DNA from: Janthinobacterium sp.
GTDB lineage: Bacteria; Pseudomonadota; Gammaproteobacteria; Burkholderiales; Burkholderiaceae_D
DNA: 64,000 nucleotides
Reading direction: 5' to 3'
Assembly: GCF_031995485.1 (NCBI RefSeq)
Contig: NZ_DAMAGB010000003.1
Coordinates: 133,252 to 197,251 of the forward strand
The notes under the pieces are model-generated. The model was not told the DNA's origin. It did not search any database and saw only the letters and a list, made by a program, of their open reading frames with translations. The position numbers and the translations under genes were made by a program. Positions 1 to 10,011 of the stretch are shown piece after piece. Each line of letters begins with the position of its first letter. Positions within the stretch are counted from its first letter, which is position 1.

Positions 1-13
1 CGATCAACTTGAA

Positions 14-400
14 ATGGGGCCGAGCAAGCCCAGCGGCAAGTGGCGCCATTACAGTTACATCAAGGTCGGCACCGACACCATCAAGAATGTCTACATCAAT
101 GACAGATTCGACGTGATCCTGCGCGACCAGGTGCGGCGCGAAGGCCAGGCAACCTTGTGGATCATCCAGTGGGCATTCAGGCCGCTCATCATCGGCATCA
201 CGCAAAGCGATGGCCAGACCTTCCGCCAGAGCCTCGCCACGCAGTACGGTTTTGCCGCCCTGTGCGTGGCCGTCACCCTCGGTTGCCTGCTCGCATGGGA
301 AGGGGGAAAATTCCTCCTGCCGCTCGCGCTGCTGGGCGCCTGGCTGACCATCAGCCTGATCAGCAAGATCAGGAAAATCCCGGCCGACCATATTTATTGA
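14..400 (+). CDS. hypothetical membrane-anchored protein; frame is open to the window edge, so the true start may be upstream
   Basis: 128-aa ORF with strong GC3 bias. Two C-terminal hydrophobic helices (FAALCVAVTLGCLLAW, LLPLALLGAWLTISLI). No family recognised. Confidence 0.5.
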   Translation: MGPSKPSGKWRHYSYIKVGTDTIKNVYINDRFDVILRDQVRREGQATLWIIQWAFRPLIIGITQSDGQTFRQSLATQYGFAALCVAVTLGCLLAWEGGKFLLPLALLGAWLTISLISKIRKIPADHIY

Positions 401-484
401 AAGCAGCGTTCAGGACCTGGCATGACGTCCATGCACTGGCAAGGCCGTTTTTTGGCATAATGGCTGCAAACAGACAGGTCTCCC

Positions 485-991
485 ATGAACACACTCTCTC
501 CCCGCGCGCCAGCGCAAGCATTCGATGCACCCCATTTTCGGCAGGCATTGTCGCAATTTGCCACCGGCGTGACGGTGATCACCACGCGCCTGGCTGACGG
601 CAGCTTTCGCGGACTGACGGCCAGCTCCTTCAATTCCGTCTCGCTGTCGCCGCCGCTGGTGCTGTGGAGCCTGGGCGAAGCGGCCAACAGCATGCCCATC
701 TTCAGCGGCAACTCGCACTATGTGATCAATGTATTGGGCGCCGGCCAGGCCGAGCTGGCGCAGCGTTTTTCGCGCCGCACGCCCAATCCCTTCGACGACG
801 TGGAATACGAGCTGTCGCGTACCGGCCAGCCGATCCTGAAAGGCGCATCGGCCTGGTTCGAATGCCATAACCGCAGCCGCTATCCGGAAGGCGACCATGT
901 GATCTTTGTGGGCGAAGTGGAACAATGCGCCTACACGGCCCAGCCGCCGCTGATTTTCCATCACGGCAAATTCAGCACCCTGCCTGAATAA
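485..991 (+). CDS. flavin reductase family protein (HpaC-like NAD(P)H:flavin oxidoreductase)
   Basis: FRQALSQFATGVTVITT, GLTASSFNSVSLSPPLVLWSL and GDHVIFVGEV are typical of the flavin reductase split-barrel family. Followed by a terminator. Confidence 0.85.
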   Translation: MNTLSPRAPAQAFDAPHFRQALSQFATGVTVITTRLADGSFRGLTASSFNSVSLSPPLVLWSLGEAANSMPIFSGNSHYVINVLGAGQAELAQRFSRRTPNPFDDVEYELSRTGQPILKGASAWFECHNRSRYPEGDHVIFVGEVEQCAYTAQPPLIFHHGKFSTLPE

Positions 992-998
992 GCGGGCC

Positions 999-1029
999 AA
1001 AAAAAATCCGCCAGCTGGCGGATTTTTTT
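999..1029. terminator. bidirectional intrinsic terminator between the flavin reductase gene and ompW
   Basis: A-tract, stem AATCCGCC / GGCGGATT with loop AGCT, then T-tract. Lies between convergent stops at 991 and 1042. Confidence 0.85.
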
Positions 1030-1041
1030 GTTGAGGCAAGA

Positions 1042-1725
1042 TCAATAAAACTTGTAACCGATACCGACGCTGACGGCGGTCGGGTCCAGCTTGATGTTCT
1101 GCGTCTGGCCGGTCGAAAACTTGGCAGTGGTTTTCAGGTAGGTCTTGATCACGCCCACGTCGGCGAACCAGCGCTCGTTGAACGCCAGGGTCGCGCCCAG
1201 CTGGATGCTGCCGGCCAGCTTGTTTTTCAGGCGATACGACGATGGTTCTCCACCCGGATCGAGCAGGGCCGTCATCGCGCCCGAACCGCGTTCCTTCTGG
1301 AAGTAGGCATAGGTCAAACCGGCGCCCACGTAAGGACGGATCATGGTGTTGGCTTCGAAGAAGCGGTACTGCATCAGAAACGTCGGCGGCAGCACTTCCG
1401 ACGTGCCCAGCTTGCCCGTACCCTTGATGGCGCCATCGCCGACCAGGTCATGCTTGTACGGCACGCCCAGGTGCAGCTCGGCCGAGATATTGTCGGTGAC
1501 CATGTAGGCCAGCGTCAGGATCGGCTTGGTGTCGGACTCGACATCGGCCTTGGTGTTCGGCAAAGCCGGCGCCGTCATGTCGCCACTGGTGACGTGCGGC
1601 GTGATCTTGTTGACGCCGACCTTGGCCGTGAAAGTGCCGGCGCTTTGTGCCGAGGCGGCAGACGCCAGCGTCATGGCGGCAATGGCCGCCAGCACCTGGG
1701 CCGCGCTGTTGAAACGTTTGTTCAT
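1042..1725 (-). CDS. ompW: OmpW family outer membrane protein
   Basis: Signal peptide MNKRFNSAAQVLAAIAAMTLASAASA. C-terminal beta-barrel signature ending GIGYKFY. Start moved to the internal ATG at 1725 with SD CAGGAG. Confidence 0.9.
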   Translation of the reverse strand: MNKRFNSAAQVLAAIAAMTLASAASAQSAGTFTAKVGVNKITPHVTSGDMTAPALPNTKADVESDTKPILTLAYMVTDNISAELHLGVPYKHDLVGDGAIKGTGKLGTSEVLPPTFLMQYRFFEANTMIRPYVGAGLTYAYFQKERGSGAMTALLDPGGEPSSYRLKNKLAGSIQLGATLAFNERWFADVGVIKTYLKTTAKFSTGQTQNIKLDPTAVSVGIGYKFY

Positions 1726-1809
1726 CTTGTCTCCTGATTCATTATGTGCGGATAGTGGTCTATCCAGTCGTCCCTTCATGCGCCCCGGCATGGCCGGGGC
1801 GGTGCCCGA

Positions 1810-3183
1810 TTACAGCCAGCCGCGCGTGACCATGTCCTTGGCGACATAACGTGCCAGCAACAGGTTGTTGAACGGCGAAGGATGCACATCGTCGGCATAG
1901 GAGTAATGGCTGACGTCGCCAGCAATCAGGTTGCTGCCATTGCACACCAGCGAGCTGCCCAGCGGATTCTTGGCGGCATCGGTCAGGTTGCACGCCGGCT
2001 CCTTGACGTTGGTCAGGCCGTACGGGCCAGGATTGGTGCTCTGGTCATTGCTGACGGCAAACACGTCGACGATCAGCACCTTGTCATTGCCGGACAAACC
2101 AGTCTTGATCTGGTTATTGAAGGCGCTGACCATGGCGTTGATCAGGGCGCGGGTCGACGCATCCTTGCTCAGGCCCGATGGCGTGTTGGCCACATCCGGC
2201 AGATTGTTGACGACCACATGGGTCGCACCCTTGGCAATGATCTGGTCTTTCACCAGTGCAACCAGCTCCGAACCGGCCGCGCCCATGGCGGTAACCAGCG
2301 CAGGGCCATTCGCAGTAGCGTAGTCGGCGCCGGCCTTGGCGCCGGCAGCGGTAGCGGCGGTTTGCGCCGTCACCACCATCGGGCCATACACGGCGGCCGA
2401 AGCGACAGCCGAATTGCCTGGCTGGACGGCGGCAGTACCGACGGCGGCCTGCACGATGGTGGTCGAGGTGGCGCCTGGGGCGGCGCTGGCCGTACGCACG
2501 GCGGCACCAATGGCGGCGGCGGCGGTCGATGGATTGGTGGCGCCGGCGGCCAGCAGCGGTACCAGCGTGCTGGCAAACGTGGCGCTGCCGGCAGCCGTAC
2601 CGGCGGCGGTGGCAGCCGCCTGCAGCGAGCCCAGCTGGAACAGCGCATCGTTACCGCCGGCCATCACGAACACCACTTCGGTGCCGCTGAATTTACCGCC
2701 CGACACGGCCAGGTGATTGGCGATCTGCGTGGCAACCGGTACGGTCAGTGCACCGAGTGCGCTGCCCGTCAGCCGGTTGTTCGGGCCGACCGGATTGGTC
2801 ACGCGCGAGCCGCCCATGGCATAGCCATAGCAGCCGGTGTGCTTGACGCGGGCCACCGAAAAGCCCTGTGCCGCATTGCCTTCGAGCCCGGTTTCGGCGG
2901 CGCATGGCGCCGGCAGGCCGAATTGCGCGGCCAGGTGCTCGGTCCAGTTCTTGCCGGTCAGCTCGGGATTGATGGCGGTATTGTCGCCGTTGATGGTGAA
3001 TTTGCCGCCTTTCAGGGCAGCAACCGTGCCGACCGCATACGAGCCGACATCGGACAGGCTGTCGCCGAACGAGACTTGTGCCGTGTATTTGACTTTCAGT
3101 GTCTGGTCGCCGCCGCTGGAGCCGCCGCAACCGGCCAGGACGGCCGCTGTCAGCGCGGCAAGCGCGAATTTGGTGTAGTGCAT
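1810..3183 (-). CDS. SGNH/GDSL hydrolase family lipoprotein (secreted esterase/lipase)
   Basis: Lipobox LAGC. Block I FGDSLSDVG, block III AGGND, block V DDVHPS. Contains a long Ala/Thr/Gly-rich internal segment. Confidence 0.85.
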   Translation of the reverse strand: MHYTKFALAALTAAVLAGCGGSSGGDQTLKVKYTAQVSFGDSLSDVGSYAVGTVAALKGGKFTINGDNTAINPELTGKNWTEHLAAQFGLPAPCAAETGLEGNAAQGFSVARVKHTGCYGYAMGGSRVTNPVGPNNRLTGSALGALTVPVATQIANHLAVSGGKFSGTEVVFVMAGGNDALFQLGSLQAAATAAGTAAGSATFASTLVPLLAAGATNPSTAAAAIGAAVRTASAAPGATSTTIVQAAVGTAAVQPGNSAVASAAVYGPMVVTAQTAATAAGAKAGADYATANGPALVTAMGAAGSELVALVKDQIIAKGATHVVVNNLPDVANTPSGLSKDASTRALINAMVSAFNNQIKTGLSGNDKVLIVDVFAVSNDQSTNPGPYGLTNVKEPACNLTDAAKNPLGSSLVCNGSNLIAGDVSHYSYADDVHPSPFNNLLLARYVAKDMVTRGWL

Positions 3184-3403
3184 TTTGTCTCCTAGTGGGT
3201 CTTTTTTTGGTTTTACAAACGAACGGGCGTGCTATTCGCTACCCAACTAATATGCCATCGTTCCGTACGCTTGTATAGAAATTACGGTTGAAAAAACAGC
3301 CAAATTACAACAACTTTTTCCATCGCGGCAAGGTCGGGCGATGGCGATAATTATGGCGGAAGAGTCATGATCCGTGGCAATGTTTTGTATTGCGCTGCAT
3401 CAA

Positions 3404-3426
3404 GAAAAAGCCCCTTGCGGGGCTTG
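3404..3426 (-). terminator. intrinsic terminator downstream of tsaC
   Basis: Minus strand reads AAGCCCC-GCAA-GGGGCTT followed by TTTTCTTG, 13 nt after the tsaC stop. Confidence 0.8.
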
Positions 3427-3438
3427 GGAGGACGTGAA

Positions 3439-4449
3439 TCAGTAGTCGAGGAATTGCTGCAGGATGCCGGTCGAGCCAAAGGCGGCACGCCGCAGGCGGT
3501 CGTTGACACCCAGCCAGTCGGGACCGGTGGGCGGCGCTTCGACCAGGATCAGTTCGGCGCCGACCTGGTCCATCGTGCGCAGCGAGGCGTACAGCGCATG
3601 GGCGTACGATGCGGGCTCGGCTTCCAGGCGCACGCTGGCCGATGCTGGCGGCAAATCGGAATAGTGTATCAGCGCCACCCGGCGTCCTGCGTTGAGCAGC
3701 TGGTTCAGTGTTTCACCGAGCAGATCGCCGTGCTGCATCGCAACAGGAGTATGTGGCGCATAGTGCGAATCGAGCGTGCCGGAGGCGCGCGGCGCAGCCG
3801 CATCGGGCAAGGCTGGCAGTTGGCCGATCACAGCAGCGATCTGCTCGCTGCTGATATGGCCGGGACGCAGCAGCACCGGACCGTGCGTGGCCAGGCGCGA
3901 CAGATCGACGATGGTCGACTCGATGCCGACCTCGCTCTGGCCGCCATCGAGCACCGCGCCCAGCAAACCGCTGTCCAGTTCAGCCTGAAATTCATCGCGC
4001 ACATGCTGCGCCGTGGTCGGGCTGACATTGCCGAATTTGTTGGCCGACGGCGCCGCCACCCCGCCCTGCCCGCCTTTAAACGCGCGCAATAAATCGATCG
4101 CCACCGGATGCGACGGGCAGCGCAAACCCACCGTGTCCTGCCCGCCGGACACCGCATCGGGAATCCGCGCGGCGCGCTTGACGATCAGGGTCAGCGGACC
4201 GGGCCAGAAGGCGGCCACCAGTTGCGTGGCCTCCAGCGGCAGGTCGTCGCACCAGTGCGCCAGGTCGGCGCCCGGCGCCACGTGCACGATCACCGGATGG
4301 TCGGACGGCCGGCCCTTGGCTTCATAGATGCGCGCCACGGCGGCCGGGTTTTCCGCATCGGCCCCCAGGCCATACACGGTCTCGGTCGGGAATGCGACCA
4401 GCGCGCCCGCTTCCAGCAAGGCAGCCGCTGCGCTAATCACGTCGCTCAC
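3439..4449 (-). CDS. tsaC: L-threonylcarbamoyladenylate synthase, long Sua5/YwlC type (t6A biosynthesis)
   Basis: [28 protein letters not shown] and a C-terminal Sua5 domain. I place the start at GTG 4449, overlapping the purK stop as GTGA. The track ORF's N-terminal 133 aa overlap purK and look like shadow. Confidence 0.85.
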   Translation of the reverse strand: MSDVISAAAALLEAGALVAFPTETVYGLGADAENPAAVARIYEAKGRPSDHPVIVHVAPGADLAHWCDDLPLEATQLVAAFWPGPLTLIVKRAARIPDAVSGGQDTVGLRCPSHPVAIDLLRAFKGGQGGVAAPSANKFGNVSPTTAQHVRDEFQAELDSGLLGAVLDGGQSEVGIESTIVDLSRLATHGPVLLRPGHISSEQIAAVIGQLPALPDAAAPRASGTLDSHYAPHTPVAMQHGDLLGETLNQLLNAGRRVALIHYSDLPPASASVRLEAEPASYAHALYASLRTMDQVGAELILVEAPPTGPDWLGVNDRLRRAAFGSTGILQQFLDY

Positions 4450-5657
4450 GGCGCGATCCCCAGGATCAGGCAGGCGGCATGCAATTGCTGCTGCGCTTGC
4501 TGCAAGGTAGCGGCCACCAGCGTCAGGTGACCCATCTTGCGGCCACGGCGCGGATCGTCCTTGCCATACAGATGCAGGCAGGCGCCGGGCAGCGCCAGCA
4601 CCTGGTCCCAGGCCGGTTCGCGCGTGGCATCGCTCTCGTCCACAAACCAGGCGTCGCCCAGGATATTGAGCATCACGGCCGGCGAGTGCTGGCGCGTGTC
4701 GCCCAGCGGCAGGCGCGCCATGGCCCGTACCTGCTGCGCAAACTGGCTGGTGACGCAGGCGTCCATCGTGTAGTGGCCGCTGTTGTGCGGGCGCGGCGCC
4801 ATTTCGTTGACCACCAGGGAACCGTCGGCCAGCACGAAAAATTCGATGCACAGCACGCCTACATAACCGAGCTCGGCCACCATGGCCTGCGCCGCGCGCT
4901 GCGCCTTCACGGCACAGTCGGCGGACACGTTCGGCCCTGGCACGGTGGTGGTAAACAGGATGCCGTCGCGGTGCACGTTCTCGGCGATCGGATACACGAC
5001 CGAGACGCCATCCGCGCCGCGCGCCGTCAACACCGACACTTCATAGGCCAGCGGCAGCATTTTTTCCAGCAGGCAGGTGACCTGGCCCATGTCGGCAAAC
5101 GCGGCACGCACCTCGTCGCGCGACTTCACGCGGACCTGGCCCTTGCCGTCATAGCCCATGCGCACGGTTTTCAAGATACCAGGCAGCAAATCGTCGGCAA
5201 TCGCGGCGATGTCCTGCTCGCTGGCGATCACCTGATGCGGCGCCGGCAGCACGCCGGATTTCCCGGCGCAATCGACAAAGAAACGCTTTTCGGCGATGCG
5301 GTCCTGTGCCACCGACACGCCATGGGCGTTCGGCGCGACAAAGACTTTTTCGGCCAGCCGCGACAGGCTGTCGGCCGGCACGTTTTCAAATTCGGTGGTC
5401 ACCGCCAGGCAGCGGGCAGCGAGCGCATCGAGACCGGCGGCGTCCTCATAGCCGGCGTTCACCAGTTGCTGCGCCACCTGCCCCGCAGGGCAGGCGTCGG
5501 ACGGTTCAAGGACAGCCACCTGATAGCCCATGCTCTGGGCGGCCTGGGCAAACATGCGGCCCAGCTGGCCACCGCCCATCACGCCCAGCCAGGCTGGCGG
5601 ATTGGCGGCTGGCAAGATCGCAGGCGACTGCGAAGATTGCAAAGAAGAATTACTCAT
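4446..5657 (-). CDS. purK: N5-carboxyaminoimidazole ribonucleotide synthase
   Basis: ATP-grasp protein with [13 protein letters not shown]-terminus. Sits directly downstream of purE. Confidence 0.95.
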   Translation of the reverse strand: MSNSSLQSSQSPAILPAANPPAWLGVMGGGQLGRMFAQAAQSMGYQVAVLEPSDACPAGQVAQQLVNAGYEDAAGLDALAARCLAVTTEFENVPADSLSRLAEKVFVAPNAHGVSVAQDRIAEKRFFVDCAGKSGVLPAPHQVIASEQDIAAIADDLLPGILKTVRMGYDGKGQVRVKSRDEVRAAFADMGQVTCLLEKMLPLAYEVSVLTARGADGVSVVYPIAENVHRDGILFTTTVPGPNVSADCAVKAQRAAQAMVAELGYVGVLCIEFFVLADGSLVVNEMAPRPHNSGHYTMDACVTSQFAQQVRAMARLPLGDTRQHSPAVMLNILGDAWFVDESDATREPAWDQVLALPGACLHLYGKDDPRRGRKMGHLTLVAATLQQAQQQLHAACLILGIAP

Positions 5658-6158
5658 TTATTCCAGCGGTAAAGTCATGGCCTTGGCGGCGGCCGTTTGC
5701 GTGGCACGGAACGCTTCAAGCTGTTCGGCCAGCGCGTCGTCGTTGGCGGCAATCATCGCCACCGCCGTCAGCGCGGCATTGGCGGCGCCCGCTTCGCCGA
5801 TGGCAAAGGTAGCGACCGGCACGCCCTTGGGCATCTGCAGAATCGACAGCATCGAGTCTTCGCCGCGCAAGTATTTCGATGGCACCGGCACGCCCAGCAC
5901 CGGCACGATGGTCATCGCGGCCACCATGCCAGGCAGGTGGGCCGCGCCGCCGGCGCCGGCGATGATCGCGCGCAGGCCGCGCGCGCGCGCGCTTTTCGCA
6001 TACGCATACATTTCGTCGGGCATGCGGTGCGCGGAAATGACCTGCGCCTCGAACGGCACGCCGAACTGTTTCAGGATGGCCACGGCGTGCTGCATCACGT
6101 CCCAGTCCGAAGACGAGCCCATGATCACGCCGACCAGTGGTTTTTGTTGATCAGTCAT
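5658..6158 (-). CDS. purE: N5-carboxyaminoimidazole ribonucleotide mutase
   Basis: [22 protein letters not shown] and [13 protein letters not shown] are hallmark PurE motifs. Confidence 0.95.
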   Translation of the reverse strand: MTDQQKPLVGVIMGSSSDWDVMQHAVAILKQFGVPFEAQVISAHRMPDEMYAYAKSARARGLRAIIAGAGGAAHLPGMVAAMTIVPVLGVPVPSKYLRGEDSMLSILQMPKGVPVATFAIGEAGAANAALTAVAMIAANDDALAEQLEAFRATQTAAAKAMTLPLE

Positions 6159-6159
6159 C

Positions 6160-7053
6160 TCAGGCCTTCAGCTTTTCGCCGGTCAGGCGCTCGATCGCTT
6201 CGAAGTACTTGGCCTGGGTCTTGTCGATCACGTCGGCCGGCAGTGCCGGCGCCGGTGCCGTCTTGCCCCAGGTCAGTGTTTCCAGGTAATCGCGCACGAA
6301 CTGCTTGTCGAACGATGGCGGCGACATGCCGGGCTGGTACGAGTCCGCCGGCCAGAAGCGCGACGAATCGGCCGTCAGCACTTCGTCCATCAAATGCATC
6401 ACGCCATTGTCGTCCAGGCCGAATTCGAACTTGGTATCGGCAATGATGATGCCGCGCGTGGCGGCGTAGTCGGCAGCCGCCTTGTAGAGGGCGATGCTGA
6501 CGTCGCGCATCTTGGCGGCCAGTTCCGCGCCGATGCGCTGTTCCATCTCGGCAAAGCTGATGTTTTCGTCATGCTCGCCCAGCTCGGCCTTGGCGGCCGG
6601 GGTAAACAGCGGCTCCGGCAGTTTTTCAGCCTGTTGCAGGCCTGCCGGCAGCTTGATGCCGCAGATGCTGCCCGTATCCTGGTAGTCTTTCCAGCCCGAG
6701 CCGATGATATAGCCGCGCACTACGGCCTCGACCATGATGGGTTTGAGACGCTTGGCCACCACCGCGCGGCCTTGCACCTGCTCCACTTCCTCGGGCGCCA
6801 CCACCGATTCAGGCGCCACGCCCGTCAGGTGGTTCGGCACGATATGGCCCAGTTTCTCGAACCAGAAGTCGCTCATCTGGTTCAGGACCTTGCCCTTGCC
6901 GGGAATCGGCTCGTTCATCACGACGTCGAAGGCCGACAGGCGGTCAGTCGTGACGATCAGGATCTTGTCGTCGCCGACGGCGTAGTTGTCGCGCACCTTG
7001 CCGTGGCCGAGCAGTGGCAGGGAATGGATGGAGGTCTGATAGAGGCTGTTCAT
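6160..7053 (-). CDS. purC: phosphoribosylaminoimidazole-succinocarboxamide synthase
   Basis: [25 protein letters not shown] and ADTKFEFG. Start set at MNSLYQ (7053) by analogy with Burkholderiales PurC N-termini. No SD precedes it. Confidence 0.92.
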   Translation of the reverse strand: MNSLYQTSIHSLPLLGHGKVRDNYAVGDDKILIVTTDRLSAFDVVMNEPIPGKGKVLNQMSDFWFEKLGHIVPNHLTGVAPESVVAPEEVEQVQGRAVVAKRLKPIMVEAVVRGYIIGSGWKDYQDTGSICGIKLPAGLQQAEKLPEPLFTPAAKAELGEHDENISFAEMEQRIGAELAAKMRDVSIALYKAAADYAATRGIIIADTKFEFGLDDNGVMHLMDEVLTADSSRFWPADSYQPGMSPPSFDKQFVRDYLETLTWGKTAPAPALPADVIDKTQAKYFEAIERLTGEKLKA

Positions 7054-7094
7054 AGCGGAGGGAGTGGTTTGAATGAAACGAAACAGAAGCGTAA

Positions 7095-7158
7095 CCGGTG
7101 CGCAGGACAGTCGCCCACCGGCCGGGAACAACGGGCCGGCGGTTGCGCGCGGCCCGTT
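7095..7158 (-). terminator. two tandem hairpins between fba and purC (possible partial terminator/processing site)
   Basis: Minus strand: AACGGGCC(13-nt loop)GGCCCGTT, then CCGGTG...CACCGG followed by the U-rich TTACGCTTCTGTTTCGTTTC. Confidence 0.4.
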
Positions 7159-7170
7159 CCAGACAAGATT

Positions 7171-8235
7171 TTACTTCACAATCTGCGACAGCTCGCCGGC
7201 CTTGTAGCGTTCGGCCATTTTTTCCAGCGGAATCTGTTTGATTTTCGACGCCTGGCCTTCGCAGCCAAACTGCTGGAAGCGGGCGCGCACGATCTGCTCG
7301 GCAGCCAGGCGGGCTGGTTTCAGGTAGTCGCGCGGATCGAATTTCGACGGGTTCTGGAACATGAACTGGCGGATCGCGGCCGTCATCGCCAGGCGGATAT
7401 CGGTATCGATATTGATCTTGCGCACGCCGTGACGGATGCCTTCCTGGATTTCTTCGACTGGCACGCCGTAGGTTTCCTTCATGTCGCCGCCGAATTCACG
7501 GATGATCGCCAGCAATTCCTGCGGCACCGACGAGGAACCGTGCATCACCAGGTGGGTGTTCGGGATGCGCGCGTGGATTTCCTTGATGCGGTCGATCGCC
7601 AGGATTTCGCCGGTCGGTTTGCGGGTAAACTTGTAGGCGCCGTGCGAGGTGCCGATGGCGATCGCCAGCGCGTCGCACTGGGTGCGCTGCACGAAGTCGG
7701 CTGCTTGCGCCACGTCGGTCAGCAGTTGCTCGCGCGTCATGGTGCCTTCGGCGCCGTGGCCGTCTTCCTTGTCGCCCTTCATGGTTTCCAGCGAACCGAG
7801 CACGCCCAGTTCGGCTTCCACGGTGACGCCGATGGCGTGCGAGAATTTCACCACTTCGCGCGACACTTCGACGTTGTACTCGTACGAGGCGACCGACTTG
7901 CCGTCCGCTTCCAGCGAGCCGTCCATCATCACCGACGAGAAGCCGGAACGGATGGCGGCCATGCAGATCGCCGGCGACTGGCCGTGATCCTGGTGCATCA
8001 CGACCGGAATGTGCGGATAGGCTTCGATGGCGGCATCGATCAGGTGGCGCAGAAACGCTTCGCCGGCATATTTGCGGGCGCCGGCGGACGCCTGCATGAT
8101 CACCGGCGAATTCAGCGCGTCGGCGGCAGCCATGATGGCCTGCACCTGCTCCAGGTTGTTGACGTTGAAGGCCGGGATGCCATAACCGTTTTCGGCGGCG
8201 TGGTCCAGCAATTGACGCATGGATACGAGAGACAT
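7171..8235 (-). CDS. fba: class II fructose-bisphosphate aldolase
   Basis: 354 aa. PVIMQAS, VMHQDHG and GTSHGAYKF motifs of class II FBA (Calvin-cycle subtype length). Confidence 0.95.
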   Translation of the reverse strand: MSLVSMRQLLDHAAENGYGIPAFNVNNLEQVQAIMAAADALNSPVIMQASAGARKYAGEAFLRHLIDAAIEAYPHIPVVMHQDHGQSPAICMAAIRSGFSSVMMDGSLEADGKSVASYEYNVEVSREVVKFSHAIGVTVEAELGVLGSLETMKGDKEDGHGAEGTMTREQLLTDVAQAADFVQRTQCDALAIAIGTSHGAYKFTRKPTGEILAIDRIKEIHARIPNTHLVMHGSSSVPQELLAIIREFGGDMKETYGVPVEEIQEGIRHGVRKINIDTDIRLAMTAAIRQFMFQNPSKFDPRDYLKPARLAAEQIVRARFQQFGCEGQASKIKQIPLEKMAERYKAGELSQIVK

Positions 8236-8323
8236 GGTATTACTCCAGATAACAATAGAAACTGTGGCGACGCTTCGCGGCAGGATAAGCCGCGCCGGCG
8301 TCTGAATTTACCTCACGCGTGGC

Positions 8324-9772
8324 TCAATCGTATTCACCCACGCGTACAATTTTCAATGCATTCGTGCCGCCGGCCTGCCCCATCGGCGAGCCCCAGGTGA
8401 CGACGATCATGTCGCCCTTTTTGACGATGCCATTGGCAACCAGCAAATCTTCGGCCTGTTTCAGCACTTGCGCGCTGCTGCCGTTTTGCAGCAGGTGGTA
8501 GGCGCGCACGTTGCGGTACAGGGCGGCCTTGCGCTGCGTGGTCACGCTGGGCGTCAGGGCAAAAATCGGCGTGTCGATGCTGTGGCGGCTCATCCACAGC
8601 GGGGTCGAACCGGATTCCGTCATCGCCACGATGGCTTTCACGCGCAGGTGGTGCGCGGTAAACAGCGCGCCGTAGGCGATCGACTGGTCGATGCGGGTAA
8701 ACGTGACGTTCAAAAAGTCAGCGTCGAGCTTGTTGTATTCGGACTGTTCCGCTTCGACGCAGATGGCGGCCATCATTTCCACCGTCTCGATCGGGTAGCG
8801 GCCCGAGGCGGTTTCGGCCGAGGTCATCACGGCGTCGGTGCCGTCCAATACGGCGTTGGCCACGTCGGACACTTCGGCGCGCGTCGGCACGGCGTTGACG
8901 ATCATCGATTCCATCATCTGCGTGGCCGTGATGGCCAGCTTGTTCGAGGCGCGCGCCATCTTGATCATGCGCTTTTGCAAGGCCGGCACGGCCGCATTGC
9001 CCACCTCGACCGCCAGGTCGCCGCGCGCCACCATGATGCCGTCGGAGGCGTCGAGGATTTCTTGCAGCACAGGAATCGCTTCGGCGCGCTCGATCTTGGC
9101 GATCATCATCGGCTTGTGGTGGTACGGCTCGCCGGCGATATTGGCCAGCGTGCGCGCCATTTCCATGTCGGTCGCGCTTTTCGGGAAGGAAATGGCCAGG
9201 TAGTCGGCCTGGAAGCTCATCGCCGTCTTGATGTCTTCCATGTCCTTGGCCGTCAGCGCCGGCGCCGTCAGGCCGCCGCCCTGGCGGTTGATGCCCTTGT
9301 TGTTCGACAGTTCGCCACCGATCTTGACCACCGTGTGGATCTCGTTGACCACGATGCGCTCGACGATCAGCACGATCAGGCCGTCGTTCAGCAGCAGTAC
9401 GTCGTCCTTGTTCAGGTCGCGCGGCAAGGCCTTGTAGTCGAGGCCGACGCGTTCCTGGTTGCCCAGCTCGCCATTCTCGCCCCACTTGGCGTCGAGAATG
9501 AACTTGTCGCCCGCTTCAAGCTGGATGCGGCTGTTTTCAAACTTGCCAACGCGAATCTTCGGACCCTGCATGTCGGCCATGATGGCCACTTCGCGGCCGC
9601 ATTCCGCCGCTGCCTGGCGCACCAGCGCCGCGCGGTCGATATGGTCTTGTGCCTTGCCATGGGAAAAATTCAAACGCACCACGTCGACGCCCGCCCGTAT
9701 CATCTTGACCAGGATCGCCAGGTCGGTGGAGGCAGGGCCGATGGTTGCTACGATTTTTGTACCGCGTGGCAT
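8324..9772 (-). CDS. pyk: pyruvate kinase
   Basis: TKIVATIGPAS, MVARGDLAVE and NFSHG motifs. 482 aa. Confidence 0.95.
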   Translation of the reverse strand: MPRGTKIVATIGPASTDLAILVKMIRAGVDVVRLNFSHGKAQDHIDRAALVRQAAAECGREVAIMADMQGPKIRVGKFENSRIQLEAGDKFILDAKWGENGELGNQERVGLDYKALPRDLNKDDVLLLNDGLIVLIVERIVVNEIHTVVKIGGELSNNKGINRQGGGLTAPALTAKDMEDIKTAMSFQADYLAISFPKSATDMEMARTLANIAGEPYHHKPMMIAKIERAEAIPVLQEILDASDGIMVARGDLAVEVGNAAVPALQKRMIKMARASNKLAITATQMMESMIVNAVPTRAEVSDVANAVLDGTDAVMTSAETASGRYPIETVEMMAAICVEAEQSEYNKLDADFLNVTFTRIDQSIAYGALFTAHHLRVKAIVAMTESGSTPLWMSRHSIDTPIFALTPSVTTQRKAALYRNVRAYHLLQNGSSAQVLKQAEDLLVANGIVKKGDMIVVTWGSPMGQAGGTNALKIVRVGEYD

Positions 9773-9837
9773 AGTATTCCTTGTGCGTGAGCAAGAGGTT
9801 AGAGCATATTGACCGGGCGCTTGCGCGGCCCGGCAAG

Positions 9838-9866
9838 GTAAAAGCGCAGCGGTCAGGCTGCGCTTG
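9838..9866 (-). terminator. intrinsic terminator ending the pgk transcript about 135 nt after the stop codon
   Basis: Minus strand AAGCGCAGC-CTGACC-GCTGCGCTT followed by TTACC, preceded by an AU-rich single-stranded stretch. A second GC hairpin (9813-9833) follows. Confidence 0.7.
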
Positions 9867-9891
9867 GTGCAATAATTATTTCATATATCAA

Positions 9892-10011
9892 GACACCTGA
9901 GAAAACCGTAGCGAGCGGCAATGAGTTGTGGCTGAGAGGCGGAGCTGTGCGCAGGCACAGTGAGCATCGGAGGCCGCAAATCATGACGCGCAGTAGGTTT
10001 AATCAGGTGTC
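9892..10011. repeat. 120-bp segment bounded by perfect 9-bp inverted repeats (GACACCTGA / TCAGGTGTC), overlapping the last pgk codons
   Basis: Arms at 9892-9900 and 10003-10011 read directly. An internal GC hairpin lies at 9945-9960. The right arm encodes the pgk C-terminal TPD-stop. Confidence 0.4.

Noticed and set aside
1750-1765. GGATAG-TGGT-CTATCC dyad in the ompW 5' UTR as an operator
   Set aside because: It is a perfect but short dyad with no match to a regulator consensus I know. It could equally be a small 5' UTR hairpin. There is not enough evidence to report it as a site.
4450-4851. N-terminal 133 aa of the 470-aa track ORF for tsaC, overlapping purK
   Set aside because: The homologous Sua5/TsaC region begins at [13 protein letters not shown] there overlaps the purK stop (GTGA). 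The upstream part is Arg/Pro/Gly-rich shadow inside purK. The same logic trimmed pgk (to 11219), purC (7053), purM (34620), recX (24082), gabD (50906), the symporter (28114) and the 439-aa ORF 17064-18383.
6394-8400. 668-aa + strand ORF running antisense through purC, the purC-fba spacer, fba and into pyk
   Set aside because: It is opposite three well-supported genes with clear homologues. It has Arg/Ala/Gly/His-rich composition with no motifs. Long stop-free antisense frames are expected in GC3-rich DNA.
9945-9960. CTGT-N8-ACAG match (CTGTGCGCAGGCACAG) in the pgk 3' region as a third LexA box
   Set aside because: The spacer is entirely GC-rich and the flanks lack the TA…TA of real boxes. 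It lies in a 3' UTR. It is better explained as a simple 6-bp-stem hairpin.
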